Assembly (NCBI GenBank): GCA_013265495.1
Contig: MU061579.1
Location: 2,291,319-2,355,318 of the forward strand
Reading direction: 5' to 3'
Length of the DNA stretch: 64,000 nt
DNA from: Vicugna vicugna
Lineage: Eukaryota
The notes beneath the pieces are model-generated. The model had not been told where the DNA came from, ran no database searches, and saw only the letters and a list, made by a program, of their open reading frames with translations. Each line of letters begins with the position of its first letter. Position 1 is the first letter of the stretch. The position numbers and the translations under genes were made by a program. This document shows, piece after piece, positions 51,468 through 64,000 of the stretch.

Positions 51468-52584
51468 AAAGAAACATTTTACTTAATGATTGCAGCAGGC
51501 CTGATTAAATTGGAAAACAAGGAACATTAATAAGAATCAACTTTAACTTGATCTGATTATCTCTAGTGTTTGACACCATGAGTTAGAAGTCAAAATTACA
51601 TTTTCAAAAGGGCTCTAACTCAGAGCTTGTGCTTTTGTATTAAAAATATATTTGTGTTCCACCTAGTGTAAAATCAGTATTCTGAAGCCTTCGGAGAGAA
51701 CATTTAACCATAAAATAACTTGCCTAGTTTTCAACTCTTGCCATATGCTTTAAATAGATGTAATAGTTTCAAGAAAAAAAGACATCTAGACGAATGCTTA
51801 ATCAGCCCTGCATGTACAGGAAGTAATAAAGAAAACTGTTGCAGAAGGAATTTGATCATTTTGAGCCTCATTTCTCTCTTTCTGTATTTAAATAAGTAAA
51901 AAGATTAGGATGGTAATTCCAACCTTCAGAGTAGTTTGGAAACAAGCAAATTATATGGACATGATAGAAATTGAGTGCCAGTCCCCTTACCTTCCCCTGA
52001 TAACTATGTTGAAATATATTTTTTCTCATCCAAATAGCTGACTTACTACCTCTCCTGAACCTACACAGAAAAATCAAGCCCATTATCATTTTGTGGGTTC
52101 TTATATCTCTCTTTTAATCATTACGGTCAAAGTAAGTCAAGGTAAATAGAGACATTAGGTTCCATTGACAAGGGCAACCATAAGGTCATAGTCTGTAGCA
52201 GATGTGGAATGTATTGTTAGATTATTCATCAAAGAAATCAAATGGGCAGATAAAAATGCATTAAGCCATTTTATACGAAGGTATTAAAGAACTGTGCTGC
52301 TGTAAGAAAGTGCATCAAATTGCTTTTCTATTCAGTATGTCAATTGAAATATGGACAATATTCTTGGAACTTGGTCTGTTTGTAAAATTCAACAGGGATC
52401 TTTATTCCTGATATCTGGCTCCTTTCCAAGCTTGTTAAGTGTCTGGTAAAGTATCTTGGGTTACAGGCTAATTTAATAGAATTCTAGGTTTGGGGACCAT
52501 TTCTTTTCCTTTTTCTTTTTTTCCTTCTTTTCTCCCTTCCACACAATTAAGACATTTTCTAATGTTGGTATACATGTTATTCAT

Positions 52585-52939
52585 TTTCTTTGAAGCATAG
52601 TTGACACACAATATTATGTTAGTTTCAGATGTACAACTTAGTGATCCCACAATCAGACACATTATGAAAGGATTACTACGACAAGTCCAGTAACTATCTG
52701 TCACCACACAAAATTACGGAGGTATTATTGACTACATTCCTTATGATGTCTGTTACATCCCTGTGGCTTATTTATTATATAACTAGTACTTTCTACCCCT
52801 TAATCCGCTTCACCCATTTCACTCAACTCTCCACTGCCCTTCCCTCTGGCAACCACCACTTTGCTCTCTGTATCTATAAGTTTGTTTCTGTGTGGCTTTG
52901 TTGGTTTGTTTTGGTTTTTAGATTCCAGGTATACATGAG
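52585..52939 (-). mobile_element. Older L1 3' end (L1MA/L1_Art-like)
   Basis: ttgaagcatagttgacacacaatattatgttagtttcagatgtacaac ... cttccctctggcaaccacc ... tttttagattcca. Confidence 0.85.
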
Positions 52940-52954
52940 ATCTGTATACATTTT

Positions 52955-53530
52955 TTTGTATATATATATATATGTATTTTTTATTGACATACAGTCAGTT
53001 TACAATGTTGTGTCAATTTCTGGTGTACAGCATAATGCTTCATCCATACATGAACATACATATATTTGTTTTCATGCTCTTTTTCATCATAAGTTACTAC
53101 AAGATATTGAATATAGTTCCCTATACTATACAGTATGAACTTGTTGTTTAATCTATCATATATATATATACATACATATACATATATATATATGAGTATC
53201 TGTAAATCTTGAACTCCCCACTTATCTCTTCCCACCCTCTTCCACTCCTGGTAACCAGAAATTTGTTTTCTATGTCTGCGAGTATGTTTCTGTTTTGTAA
53301 ATAAGTTTGTCTCTTTTTCTTTGGATTCCACATATAAGTGATATCATATGGTATTTTTCCTTCTCTGTCTGGCTTACTTCACTTAGAATGACAATCTCCA
53401 GGTCTGTCCATGTTGCTGCAAATGGCATTATTTTATTATTTTTTATGGCTGAGTAGTATTCCATTGTATAAATATACCACAGCTTGTTTATCTAGTCATC
53501 CATCTGTCGATGGACATTTAGGTTGTTCCC
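52955..53530 (-). mobile_element. 5'-truncated young LINE-1 with perfect 15-bp TSD
   Basis: TSD ATCTGTATACATTTT at 52940-52954 and 53531-53545, forming TT/AAAA on the minus strand; 3' UTR like the copies at 10171 and 49929. Confidence 0.96.
53270..53464 (-). pseudogene. LINE-1 ORF2p C-terminal remnant
   Basis: MEYYSAIKNNKIMPFAATWTDLEIVILSEVSQTEKEKYHMISLICGI matches the known L1 ORF2 C-terminus pattern. Confidence 0.9.
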
Positions 53531-55369
53531 ATCTGTATACATTTTAAATCAGAAACTGACTGAGGTGGGAATCATGAGGTGATAACCACAAGGATAAGGG
53601 GTATAAATGGATTATTTAATTTTTTTTAGATGAATAATCAGGAACAGTTTAGTCAACTCTCAGCTTTATAACAGTTAGCTATCAAATAACTGTCACATTT
53701 TAAAGTTATAAACATAATTCATTTACTTATAATGTTTGAGAGTATACTTAGTAATCAAGGAAATTTACAAACCGCAGGTACAAAATGGAATATAAAAGAT
53801 TTTGAAAACAGTATTCCTAGTATATAATGATTTCTTAAGGTCTACTTTTCCAGTGATATTGTCATTTAAGTTAATCCAAAGCAAGTATTATTTTTATTAT
53901 AACATCCTTGCTTTTTTAGTCAGATATTTTAATTACATAAACATTTACTACAAATAACCTATAATTTGTTCAGGCATCAAGTGAATTAGCAAATGTCAGT
54001 TATCACCAGATCATCTTATTAGAAACAATAGTTATAGTTTAAATCTCAGAGTTTTCATTTGAAGTTCTGTAAGTGGATTAAAAACTGGAAAACATAGTCT
54101 CTAGTCAGAGAGACTTTGTTCTTTGTGATTATATATATATGGAGAGAGAGCGCCACACCATGATCTTTCTCTGGGAAAGGAGACTAGGCATAATATACAC
54201 AGAGCGCTATTATGACTTATTTGTCACATAAACTTCATATGTGTATTACATGGTTTACAGTTACCAATGGTATGTGATAAGGGAAGGCCCTGTCTTGGAG
54301 AAAAGGATTAAATAATTATGGAATTTAATAATTTATATGTAGAATAAATAAGATATTTTGTAATGTCCCTGTCACATAGAATTCCATTCTGTTACGTTGG
54401 CATCCGTGTTATTTATAACCTCTTGTAAGTGGAACATTTTTTTTTCTAGGGATTTCCAGTTTAGGTGGTGATTTGCAAATAATTATCTCAGGAATTTCGG
54501 CTAATAATACAGCAAAGAAAACCTTATGAAGACTTCTGAAAACAGTAATAGTTTTAATTATGATTTGGTTAATAGTAAGTTTGTTTTCAGTGTTAAAGTA
54601 TATATTGTAATGTAAACTCATTTAAAATCTTGATTTAAAAGAAGTGTGCATTGCTATAGAAAAGAGGACATGGCCTACTTAAATCTTACAGCAAAAATCT
54701 AGCCAGAGGGGGAAAAATGAGGAAAACACACCAGAATTATAAAAATGTTTGAAATGCTGCTATGAAAGTGTGAAATATATATAGATATACTTAACTTTAG
54801 AATCATAAAAAATGAGACATTTAATAATGTTATTTACTTGGCTCTTATTCAGAGAGTTAACCTGAAATTACTGCTCTACCATTTCCCGAAAAAAGGTTTA
54901 TAGCAATATACTTTGGAATTATTTGTTTCTGTAGCTAATCTATGATAAGCAGCTTGTATTACACCTAGTGAGAATTTAAGTGGGAAAAAAAAGGATAAAA
55001 AGATGAAAGAAGAGAAATAAAGAGGAAACAAGAGAAGAGAGAGGAGAAGGAGTTGAGGTGACTGCTGAGAAAGGAAGGGAAAGGAAAATATAATAGCACA
55101 CAGGCTAGCTGATGAATCACACATTTCTTTTGCAATTCTACATTAATTTTATCTTAGCATAAATTGTTAGGGCCAAAATATTCAATGAGAATACATTTTT
55201 TTCCTGTCACTTCCCAGCGATGTACAGAAAGCTCTAAAACTTGAGGTGTGTAATGCATTCCTTAAAATGGTGTAATACTCTTTCCTTAAATGACATCACA
55301 GGAAGACTACCTGTTAGACAAAAATGTGGTATCGTTTAGTTTGCAAGTAAATGTCACTTTAAAGACATC

Positions 55370-55565
55370 TCTCTAGTCCCCCATTCATTTTCTTCCTCGT
55401 CACATGATTTTAGTTTCCTGCACAAGATTCATCATTACCTGACAAATACTTGTTTATTTATTTGTTTTGTATGTATGCCCTATTACTAAATGTAAGCTAA
55501 TGAGAGGAGAGAGATTGTCTTGCATGGTTTATGGAAGACAATCAATAGAATGAATAAATAAATAA
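55370..55565 (+). mobile_element. L2 3' end
   Basis: acttgtttatttatttg ... actaaatgtaagctaatgagagg ... ttgtcttg ... gaatgaataaataaat. Confidence 0.65.
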
Positions 55566-56199
55566 CGTATGTTTTTAAAGTCAACTAAGTGCCTCGTCAG
55601 TGAAGATGCAGTATAGCGTAGTATATTGCCATGTTGTCAATGATGGCACCTTGGTACCATGTCTGGACCTGGATATGCCTTGATGGCTGAACTCTCCAGA
55701 TATGCAAAGAGAAAGTTCCTTTGGGTTTCATACCTATTTTTTCTCATAAAGGCAACAGCTCCTTTTCATGCCCTGTCTTTTTCTATCAGAAAATCAGTGT
55801 GCTTAAACTCAGCAAACTACCGATTGCTTTATCATGCACATAAATACAATTGGCGATTATACTTTCAAGTCAGCACTTTATGATGAAATGCCAAGTCCAT
55901 GATAATTGTATAATACAGCCTCACAGAGATGTACTGTGAACATTCAGGTGATGATTTCCAGTGTCTTTTATAGATTATTGACATAGTAAGTGATATGTCT
56001 ATCAAATGGGAAAAAAAAGTTACACAAACCATGCAATACTTTGTCCCTATTAATCAAGAATTCCCATGCAAATGTGTATATAATGGCATATTTTTCAAGA
56101 GTGACATGGAAAATCCTTGGGCATCCATTAAGATCCAGTACAAATTCCACCTTGTCCATTAATTCTTCTAACATCTCACACTATCCAGAATCTAATTCT

Positions 56200-56425
56200 C
56201 AACTTCCACGTAAATGTTTTATTCATGCCTGCATTATATCACTTAACACATTATTTTCTCACCGAGTAAAACTACTAGTATGTGGGTCTTTAATAAAACT
56301 AGTCCCCCCATCCTATATTATGAACTCTTAAAGGTAGTGACAGTGTTGATTTTCTCCTTATCCGTCTCGAACTGCCTAGTATAAAGCCTCACCCATAGGA
56401 GGATCTTCAGAAAGTTAATTGAATT
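56200..56425 (+). mobile_element. L2 3' end
   Basis: ctatattatgaactcttaaaggtagtgacagtgt ... tgcctagtataaagcctcacccataggagg ... ttgaat. Confidence 0.6.
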
Positions 56426-57842
56426 ATAGATCACATGTGTAAGAACAGATTTCAGTTAATACATAAAATGTCAAAATCCAACTTAAATTTATTTTAGAAT
56501 CAAATCTATTAATTATGTTCATATGTGCATTCATTAATTTTCACAGATTAATTTTGTGATGTGGTTACAGTTACCAAGATACATAGCTTCTGGCAATGAA
56601 GTGGATGGGCCGGGAATGGTGGGTGTAATATAATCCATTACATTTTATGCAATTAAACTACTCAAGGCCAGCAGTCCACCTGCCAAATCCAACCAGTTAT
56701 TACAAAATATAATAAATTAGTTTCTAAACGTCCAAGAATATTAAAGTAATACCTATTAAAGGGTGATGTTCAGGTTATTTTTACAGTTTCTTGTTAATGT
56801 GCAAAACATGTTCAAATTCCCAAATGACGCAAAGAAAATATATACTTTGTGTATCTATAATTGGTAATGCAATATCTACACATTGATGAGTATTAGATTA
56901 CAAGGGTGATATGGGTCCTTAAAACCACTTTATAGAAGAGAGTGCTTTAAGAAACAGGTTTGGAAACATTCTTTGAGTTTTTTTAAATAATTCTTTCTGA
57001 AAGTTGACTCCTGGTGTTTTTACAAGCATATGATTTACTATAGGATCTTGCAAAGCAAGTAACTGAAAAGACAGATTTTGCTGACAAAACACTGCTATTG
57101 ATTTTATTAGTCAGGAGAGGAGAAAGGGCCATCTTTTAAACCCGGAGCTCAGCTGTGGGCTGTACTTCGACCAACGCTGGGGGCGCCATTCACATGAACT
57201 ACAGTGGAAGTAGTGTCCTTGGATCCACGCAATGCAGCGGCCTTGCTAGGCAGTGGGCAGCCATCATGAATAGTGTTATAATGAAATGTGGAGGATTTGT
57301 TGAGGAAATTATTACTTGATAGTCTGTCCGTATGAAATTAAATTTAAAAAATTGAAATCAATATATAGGAAAACTCACTAAAAAAGAATTCTCACATGAA
57401 TTATCCCATTAGGGTGCCTCGAGGCAAACAGTTGAGAAAAAGTGTTGCTTTGTAGTGTGTGGGTAGAGGGGGGTGTGGGTACATTTTGTATTCCTTTTGT
57501 TTACAACATTGAGACCTTCTAGACAGTGTATGGCTAATAATTTTCTTCATTAATGAGGGAGCTCATTTAGATAAAGCTGTTTAGAAGTGTGGCCATGTGG
57601 TGTGAGAGAGCAGAGCTACTTACTGAACAGGCTGTAACAGACCCAAGAAGCAGTGATTTTGTACCTCCTCTTTCTAGGCACAATCTGGATTCTGCTGTCT
57701 TCCAAAATTCTGGTTTTAACTCTATCCTTTGGATGATAGTTGACATGAGAGACAATTTATGTGACCAATGAAAAACTGAATTAAGTGATAGGTATTATTT
57801 TCAAATGATTTAAATGCGTTCTGCTCATAGAATTATAAGGGC

Positions 57843-57978
57843 TACAATTTAAGCTAATGAGAGCAAGGATTTTGTTAGCTGTGCTCATTCACAGATCCCA
57901 CATATATGGGAACATATAAACAGTTCCTAGTACCTACCGCCTAATGGGCCCTCAGATTCATTTATTGACTGAATGAAG
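57843..57978 (+). mobile_element. L2 3' end
   Basis: taagctaatgagagcaaggattttgt ... aacagttcctagtac ... tttattgactgaatgaa. Confidence 0.6.
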
Positions 57979-58257
57979 ATGCCCTGAATAGAAGAAATTA
58001 AAGAGGTTATCTTTGTTTTCCTGAAACTTATGGTATGTATATTATCACTTAACATATGTATATTATAGACACACACACGCCCATGTGAACATATGTATAT
58101 AGTTTATGTGCAAGTACATACAAAGATAGACTCAGACATGGTGAGGAATGTGTATGTAATACATCACAGCAGACACCCTCGTGTGAACTCACGCACACAC
58201 ACACACAAAGTTTACATAAATGTATTCATCAAAATTTAACTCTGTACACACACACTG

Positions 58258-58282
58258 TCACCACCATCACCACCACCACCAC
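58258..58282 (+). repeat. (CAC)n microsatellite
   Basis: caccaccatcaccaccaccaccacc. Confidence 0.85.
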
Positions 58283-59589
58283 CGAACAACAACAGCAGCA
58301 CCACAAAAGCAGTGTGGTCTATTTGATTAGTTGCTGTGGTGGAAACAATACAGAGAGGACAAAATTAAAATAATGCTTAGTAAAATGGGAATAAATAAGG
58401 AACTCTCCTGGAGCTGCAGATACTTTGATTCCATACTTGTATACAGATACGGAGTTGAGCGATCTATATGCCTTAAAATGATGGCAGCACAAAGTGCAAT
58501 TACTAACCCAAGAGCCTTTTTATATCTTACCTCAAATAAACACGGTACTGTTTCTGTGCAATAATATGACAGCAATGAAACTTTCCATTTACCTAAGTAA
58601 CTTAAAGCCAGTTTCAATCTTGTTTTAATTAGAAATTAGACAGTTTTAATAATTCCCAGATTTACAACATCAAAGCAGGAAACTTTATTTTTTAAACCTT
58701 TGGCACTTATGAACATTTGGAAACCTTAATTAACTTGGAGAAAAGGCTGGAAAAGAAGATTATCAGCATGTGGTGATTGACAGGATAATGAAAATTTTCC
58801 TCTGCAAAATTCTGATATATTTAGCCTGACTTGAGTTTCTTCCTGTATCAGTTATATCAGTTTTATTTTTCAGTTCAGCTGAATCAGTAAAAGGAAAATA
58901 TTCACCAATGTGGTCTGTGAAAAAAAGACCCTGATGAGAAAAAAAAGGTCACTGAACCCAAACCAAATGACAAGTATAAGTGAACTAAGTTGTCAAAGAC
59001 AAAGTTCCTGACTCTGCTCAACATTTTTCATCCCACGTACCAGTGTTTTCCTTAATATCCTTCAACTGCATCCTCACTGTCGTGCACCTTCTCCGTATCC
59101 TGACGCTATCCTAACACTTTTCAGATCAGGACCTAAATATGGTATCTTCTGTTTCCTTGTTTTAGTCATTTACAGTCTCACAAACATAACCCAAGCCTTG
59201 AAGCACTGCCCGTTGTATTCTCCATTCCTATAAAATTTGAGCTAGGAGTTTCATAAATTAGGTACATTTGGTAGAATTAGACATTTGAGCCAAAATCTGC
59301 AATCACCTGGGACCCTTACATGATGGTTCTAAATCTACCGAGAATTTACAGCATCTCATATATAGTACCTGACACAAATTGAGGCAGTTGTTTCCTTAGG
59401 GTTTTTTTTTTTTTTTTTGCAGCTTTTTTCCCCATGATTTTTTTTTCAATCTCCTACCCAGTTCATAAGAAGATTAAGATTAAGATATAGTTTGAAGCTA
59501 AAATCCTCGTTTAAAAAAATACATCAGAAAAATGGCCAAAAGTTATAGAGAAATAGCTGAATATCTCTAGTCTAGATTTTTCTTTTTAC

Positions 59590-59990
59590 AACTAACAAAG
59601 GTGAAAATAGAGGTATAGTATTCAGTTATGATAAAATTGAAGAGAAACAGACACTTTCATTTATACTGGGTGAGACTATTTAAATCCACACAACCTTTGA
59701 TGAGATAGTTCAGAAACATGAATCACTGGTAAATATGTCTAACTTTTGATCCAGCATTCCAGCTTAAGTCATTTATCCTAAGAAGGAGATCAGTTCCCAA
59801 ATGTGTGTACTACACCGGTGCCCAGCACACTGCTGTGGGTAACTGGGGGAAAAAAAGAGAGAGAGAATGCCTGCATGTGAATATCATTAAATATATTATA
59901 CTCTAAAAATGAAATATTTGACCTTCAAATTTGCTAGAGTTTTATTTATTGACATAAGAAGGGGTTTTTAAACAGTTAAAAATGTATGAT
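59590..59990 (+). mobile_element. Ancient L1 (L1ME-like) ORF2 end/3' UTR relic
   Basis: gagaaacagacactttcatttatactgggtgagact ... cttttgatccagcattccagctt ... atttatcctaaga. Confidence 0.55.
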
Positions 59991-59998
59991 CACATTGT

Positions 59999-60270
59999 AT
60001 TCATTTAGTCAGTAAAAATAATGATTGAATTCCACTCTGTGTGAGGTCATGGGCCAGAGGATAGATAAAGACAAGATTCCAGCCTTCATGGAACCCATAG
60101 TTAACTGGAGGGAACATCTGTTAAACACACACATACACACACTTACATAAAAAGTGAAACTGATGAGCACCTGAAAGAATCCTACATGGTGTGCGGTACG
60201 CTGTGCTAGGAACCAGGAGCTGGAGGTTCCCGTGAGAGCAGGAAAGAAAGTGGACTTGCAGCAGGGAGAA
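59999..60270 (-). mobile_element. L2 3' end
   Basis: attcatttagtcagtaaa ... attgaattccactctgtgtgagg ... aagacaagattccagccttcatggaacccatagt. Confidence 0.65.
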
Positions 60271-60273
60271 AAG

Positions 60274-60275
<2 letters not shown>

Positions 60276-60306
<31 letters not shown>
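60276..60306 (+). repeat. Poly(A)31 tract
   Basis: Direct reading. Confidence 0.95.
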
Positions 60307-60308
<2 letters not shown>

Positions 60309-61870
60309 AAGAGAATAGTAGGGCGAAGCAGGAGGAATTCTGGAAGGAAATTTCCTAGATTCCCATCGTAGCTCTCTCTAGGCAGTGGGATTTCTGGTGA
60401 TTTTCGCTTTTGAAAATACTTTCAATGGTATTTGATTGATGTGTCAATTGTGAGCACATATGCGATTTATTAAATTTTGCATTTAAAAACAATTTGGCAA
60501 ACGAAATGGAGTAACTTGTTGATAACATCAGAGATAACTGCAGCTTAGTATTATTTTTTCTTAAAAAAACCATCAGTATATCTACATGTAAAAACTATAT
60601 AAATAGATCCACAGATCCCTATTGATACATACAAAAATAACCTAATTTCTAATCTACATTTCCATTTCAAAATTGTAAAAACTGACCAAAGATCAGCCTG
60701 AACATTGTGCATTCCTCAGAGGATCCAAACCATGTCAAAATGAATGGAATCTCCTACTGAGATTTCTATCAGGCAGTGACCGCAAATGTTATAAAAAACA
60801 GGACATTTGTTATTATTTGGATTTTGTTTCAAGGTGTGTGACTGTGTGTGTGTGTGACATGAGTCGTTTACCGAAGCAGCCTTCACCATATTATGGGCAA
60901 ATCAAGTAAGCTGCACTTCCCAGGTTCGCAGTAAACTTGGGAACCACTGCAGTTGTGAAGACCTGTTAAGCCCTCTCCAGCATCCGGTGCTCTCTCAGCG
61001 CACGGGAAACCATGAAAGGATGAGGAACTACTTCAGTGTAGATTTTACAGAAGAGGGGTAGATTCTGAAGCTGAATTCCATCTGCTGTAAAGTGGCACAA
61101 GCTAGAACACCCAGCAGTCTTGGTTTAGTAAATTAACAGTAGGATCCTTTCAGCTTTAATGCAGCACCATCCAGGCCTCATTACAGTTGTTCACAGTGGC
61201 ACTAACCGTTTGTTTGAGTAATGCAGGGCTGTATAGGTTCCCACTGTGAAATCTGTGTTTGACTAGGATTCACATTGATTTCTACCCACTGATTGTGTGC
61301 AGAGATTCTCATCCAAATTGATTGTTTTTTCCCTCCTCCTCCCTTCCTTGATTTTTGCCTTCTGAATGGTAGAATCCAAAGAAGATAGCTGTGTTCTTTG
61401 GAAAACATTATTTTTCTATGCTACATTTCAAAATAAAATAACCCATTTGGAAAGTATTGTGAAAGAATAAAGGGAACAACCAATATTTCATACCGATTTA
61501 CTCAGGCTATATGATAAAATCATACATGGAAAAAGAAAAGGTATCTTGATGTAAATTGGCCAGTTTTGTTTGACAAGTAATGAGCATGAGCAAGGGGTCT
61601 CCGATGGCAGAGACCTAGGGAATTAGATGTATTACCTCTAATTCATTAAGACAGTTTCAGTTGTTTTCCTGAGTGAGCTCACACAGCCCCTAGGGATTTG
61701 CATGACTCACAAACATGTACTAGGTCCATCACAGCTCAAAGACGCTTCATTCCCTTGTCCCCCTTTCAAAGAGTCTTTGAGGGAATTATCCCTGACCAGA
61801 ATGGGCTGAGGGAAAAAACCTTCACCAAATTAAAAACTCTATAGTTTTGAAAAGGCATTTCTGAAGTTTT

Positions 61871-62277
61871 GTTGGTCAGCATTACTGTTGCAATAAACAG
61901 CCCCAGAACTGTAGCGATTTAACTCAGGTCCTTGAAGTTCTGCTTATACAATAATCGATTGGCGATGTTCTGGGGGTGACTTTCCTTTGGGTTCAGAGTC
62001 CCAGTCTCTTTCCATCTTGTAGGTCCGGCCTGCCCCGAGACCTTGGAATCCTTTCAATTCCTCAGGGAGAAAAAGAAGCAGCACCATGTTTTTTGTTTTT
62101 TCTTTTGTTTTTAATGGATCAGTTCTAGAAGGGGCACATGTCTCTCAGCCCCATCACATTAGCCAGACAGTCATGTGACTGTGTCTAATTTCAAGGGAGG
62201 TGGGGAAATCTGGTATATGGAGGCCCTGGAAGGGGATAAACAAAATGGTTGGATGACTATAACCCGATTCTATCACA
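61871..62277 (-). mobile_element. MaLR solo LTR (MLT1J/K-like)
   Basis: tgttggtcag ... aaacagccccagaac ... tctttccatcttgtagg ... cacattagccagacagtcatgtgac ... aagggaggtggggaaat ... ctatcaca; TG...CA ends. Confidence 0.7.
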
Positions 62278-63879
62278 GAAGAAAATTCATTGAGAAAGTT
62301 AATTCTTTTCTTTAGGAAATAAACACAAGATCAAAACAAAACAACACCTTTCATCTTGGTGAAATATCTTCTTAGTTGTTTTGAAATTATAAAAGTGCGT
62401 GTGCTTTGGATTAGAAACCCCACACATCTTATTTTGCTTAATTGATGTGTAGGGGGAGAATTATTTTCATATAAAGATGTGAAATAGAGAATATTTCCTT
62501 TGAATTACCTTTTATGAAGTGTGTGTTTAAACTGGTAAGGCTTCTTAATAGTTAATAGTAATGAGCCTTTTGATTTTCTGTAGCAACAGACTCTGCTAAC
62601 AGCTGGTTGTATGCAAGTGCCCTTTGGGTATTAATAATAATTTTTACAAATCTCATGTGCTCCACGTGGAAAACAACTCCTAGGTTTACTGCTAAAGGTA
62701 TTCTTGGCACGACAGAGATTTTGTGATTTTGCACAGTTGATGTCTGATTATTTCTAATGGCAGAGTAGGTAATGACTTTAAAAATTCACACAAGAGGCTC
62801 TGAAATTCCTAGTGTTTAGTTTTGTTGTACATAATTTTTCTTACTGTATCATTAAATCTATTTAGGTAACAAGGCAAAACACTTTCTGAAGCCTGATGGG
62901 GAAGTAGAAAGATACATTAAGAATAATGCATGACTGAATATTTTGTATGTTTCTTATGTGTTTATTTCATAAAAATAGATCTTAGATCAAAGATAGACAA
63001 CCTAGATGTTTCAAGTGATTTCAGCCCAGATATTTAAACTGTAAATCAGATTTATCAGCTTGAGAGGTAAGTGGAACTTTTAAATTCTCCCTCATTCCTG
63101 GCCTTAGTTTTCCCATAGACTGTGACTTGTAAATATTTGATGTATCTCAATTTGATGAGTATAGTTGACAAGCTATTATGTGTAAGCCATCACATTAGGC
63201 CTTGAGAGAAACACAGTGTTGAATCAAACTTGGAGTTTGCTTTTCAAAAAGCTTACACGTAGCAATAGAAATAATATATATAAACACCAGAAGCTGCTGT
63301 GCAAGGTAGATAGGATAATTAGGAAAAAATGAAGCTAAGAGATTAGGAGTTAAGAAGAAGGGGGAGGATGGGGAAGATAGAAGGAAAACATTCGAGAGAA
63401 AATGTACGTTCAAGGTGACAGAAACGAAGTAAAATCTTAGGAAAATGATGCCAAATATCTTTGCTTAGACCCAGAGGCTGGAGTTGGTAAGAGAAAGCTA
63501 ATGAGAAATAGAAACTGGAAAATGTTTGCAATGGACATCGGAACAAGACTTAAGAAATGTTAGCATGACACTTCTGAACTTGAGGAGGGTATGGCTGGCT
63601 GGTGAGATCAAGGTCTAACAGCAGAGAAGGAATTCACAAGGATGACGTGGCTGGAACTCACAGTCTTTGACTCCCACATTCAGACCTGATTATCGGTAAG
63701 GCCAGAACTGCTCGTCTCATGGAAGCTGACTGTAGTTCGACATGCTCTGGGGCTCGTAAAACCAGACCGTGGAACTCAAATAAGGCTCCAGCATATGTTA
63801 CCTATTTCTTATCCCTAGTCTTATCCTGACACCTAAACCTCCCTCTTCTCAGAGAATTGGCAGGAAGAACAAGAGATGT

Positions 63880-63990
63880 AAAGTCAAACCAGGATCAAGT
63901 TCGAGCTCTATTACAAATTAGCAGTATAATTTCAACATTTCTTTCTCTCAACCTAAAATTACTCCTAAATAAAACAGGAGAATTCCTAAC
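63880..63990 (+). mobile_element. MIR fragment
   Basis: aagtcaaaccaggatcaagttcgagctctattac ... tagcagtataat. Confidence 0.45.
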
Positions 63991-64000
63991 TTTCAGGCCT

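Noticed and set aside
50094..53464. ORFs with similar peptides (50094-50357, 52981-53331, 53148-53333, 53270-53464) as a gene family
   Set aside because: All are L1 ORF2 tail or 3' UTR read-throughs
10171..53530. Inferring host-gene strand from L1 orientation bias
   Set aside because: Too few copies and mixed orientation
60276..60306. Poly(A) as the tail of a processed pseudogene
   Set aside because: No upstream ORF, polyadenylation signal or TSD; it adjoins an L2 relic
1..64000. Prokaryotic-type systems (CRISPR, operons, defence islands) or a viral/retroviral coding insertion
   Set aside because: No regularly spaced repeat-spacer array, no ORF above ~136 aa, no gag/pol/env-like peptides; the sequence is mammalian non-coding DNA

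Overview
AT-rich, CpG-depleted mammalian non-coding DNA (large intron or gene desert). A tRNA-derived SINE of the Vic-1 type at 51315-51467 and the style of the young L1 3' ends point to a camelid genome (camel/alpaca/llama); this is recognition from memory, not a database hit. I find no credible protein-coding gene, RNA gene or CRISPR array. The supplied ORFs are chance ORFs, microsatellite translations or LINE-1 ORF2 C-terminal remnants. The window holds five younger 5'-truncated L1s (four with visible or probable target-site duplications), older L1s, many MIR, L2 and L3 relics, hAT-Charlie MER elements, two MaLR solo LTRs, microsatellites and one 17-N assembly gap. The most notable items are a minus-strand splice-signal cassette at ~11430 (4-nt microexon, recursive splice site or alternative first exon, beside a SOXE-dimer-like palindrome), two plus-strand microexon candidates, a reused L1 target site, three L1 copies truncated at almost the same point, and a three-level TE nest. 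I see no convincing new biological system. Boundaries and subfamily names of ancient repeats are approximate and made by eye.
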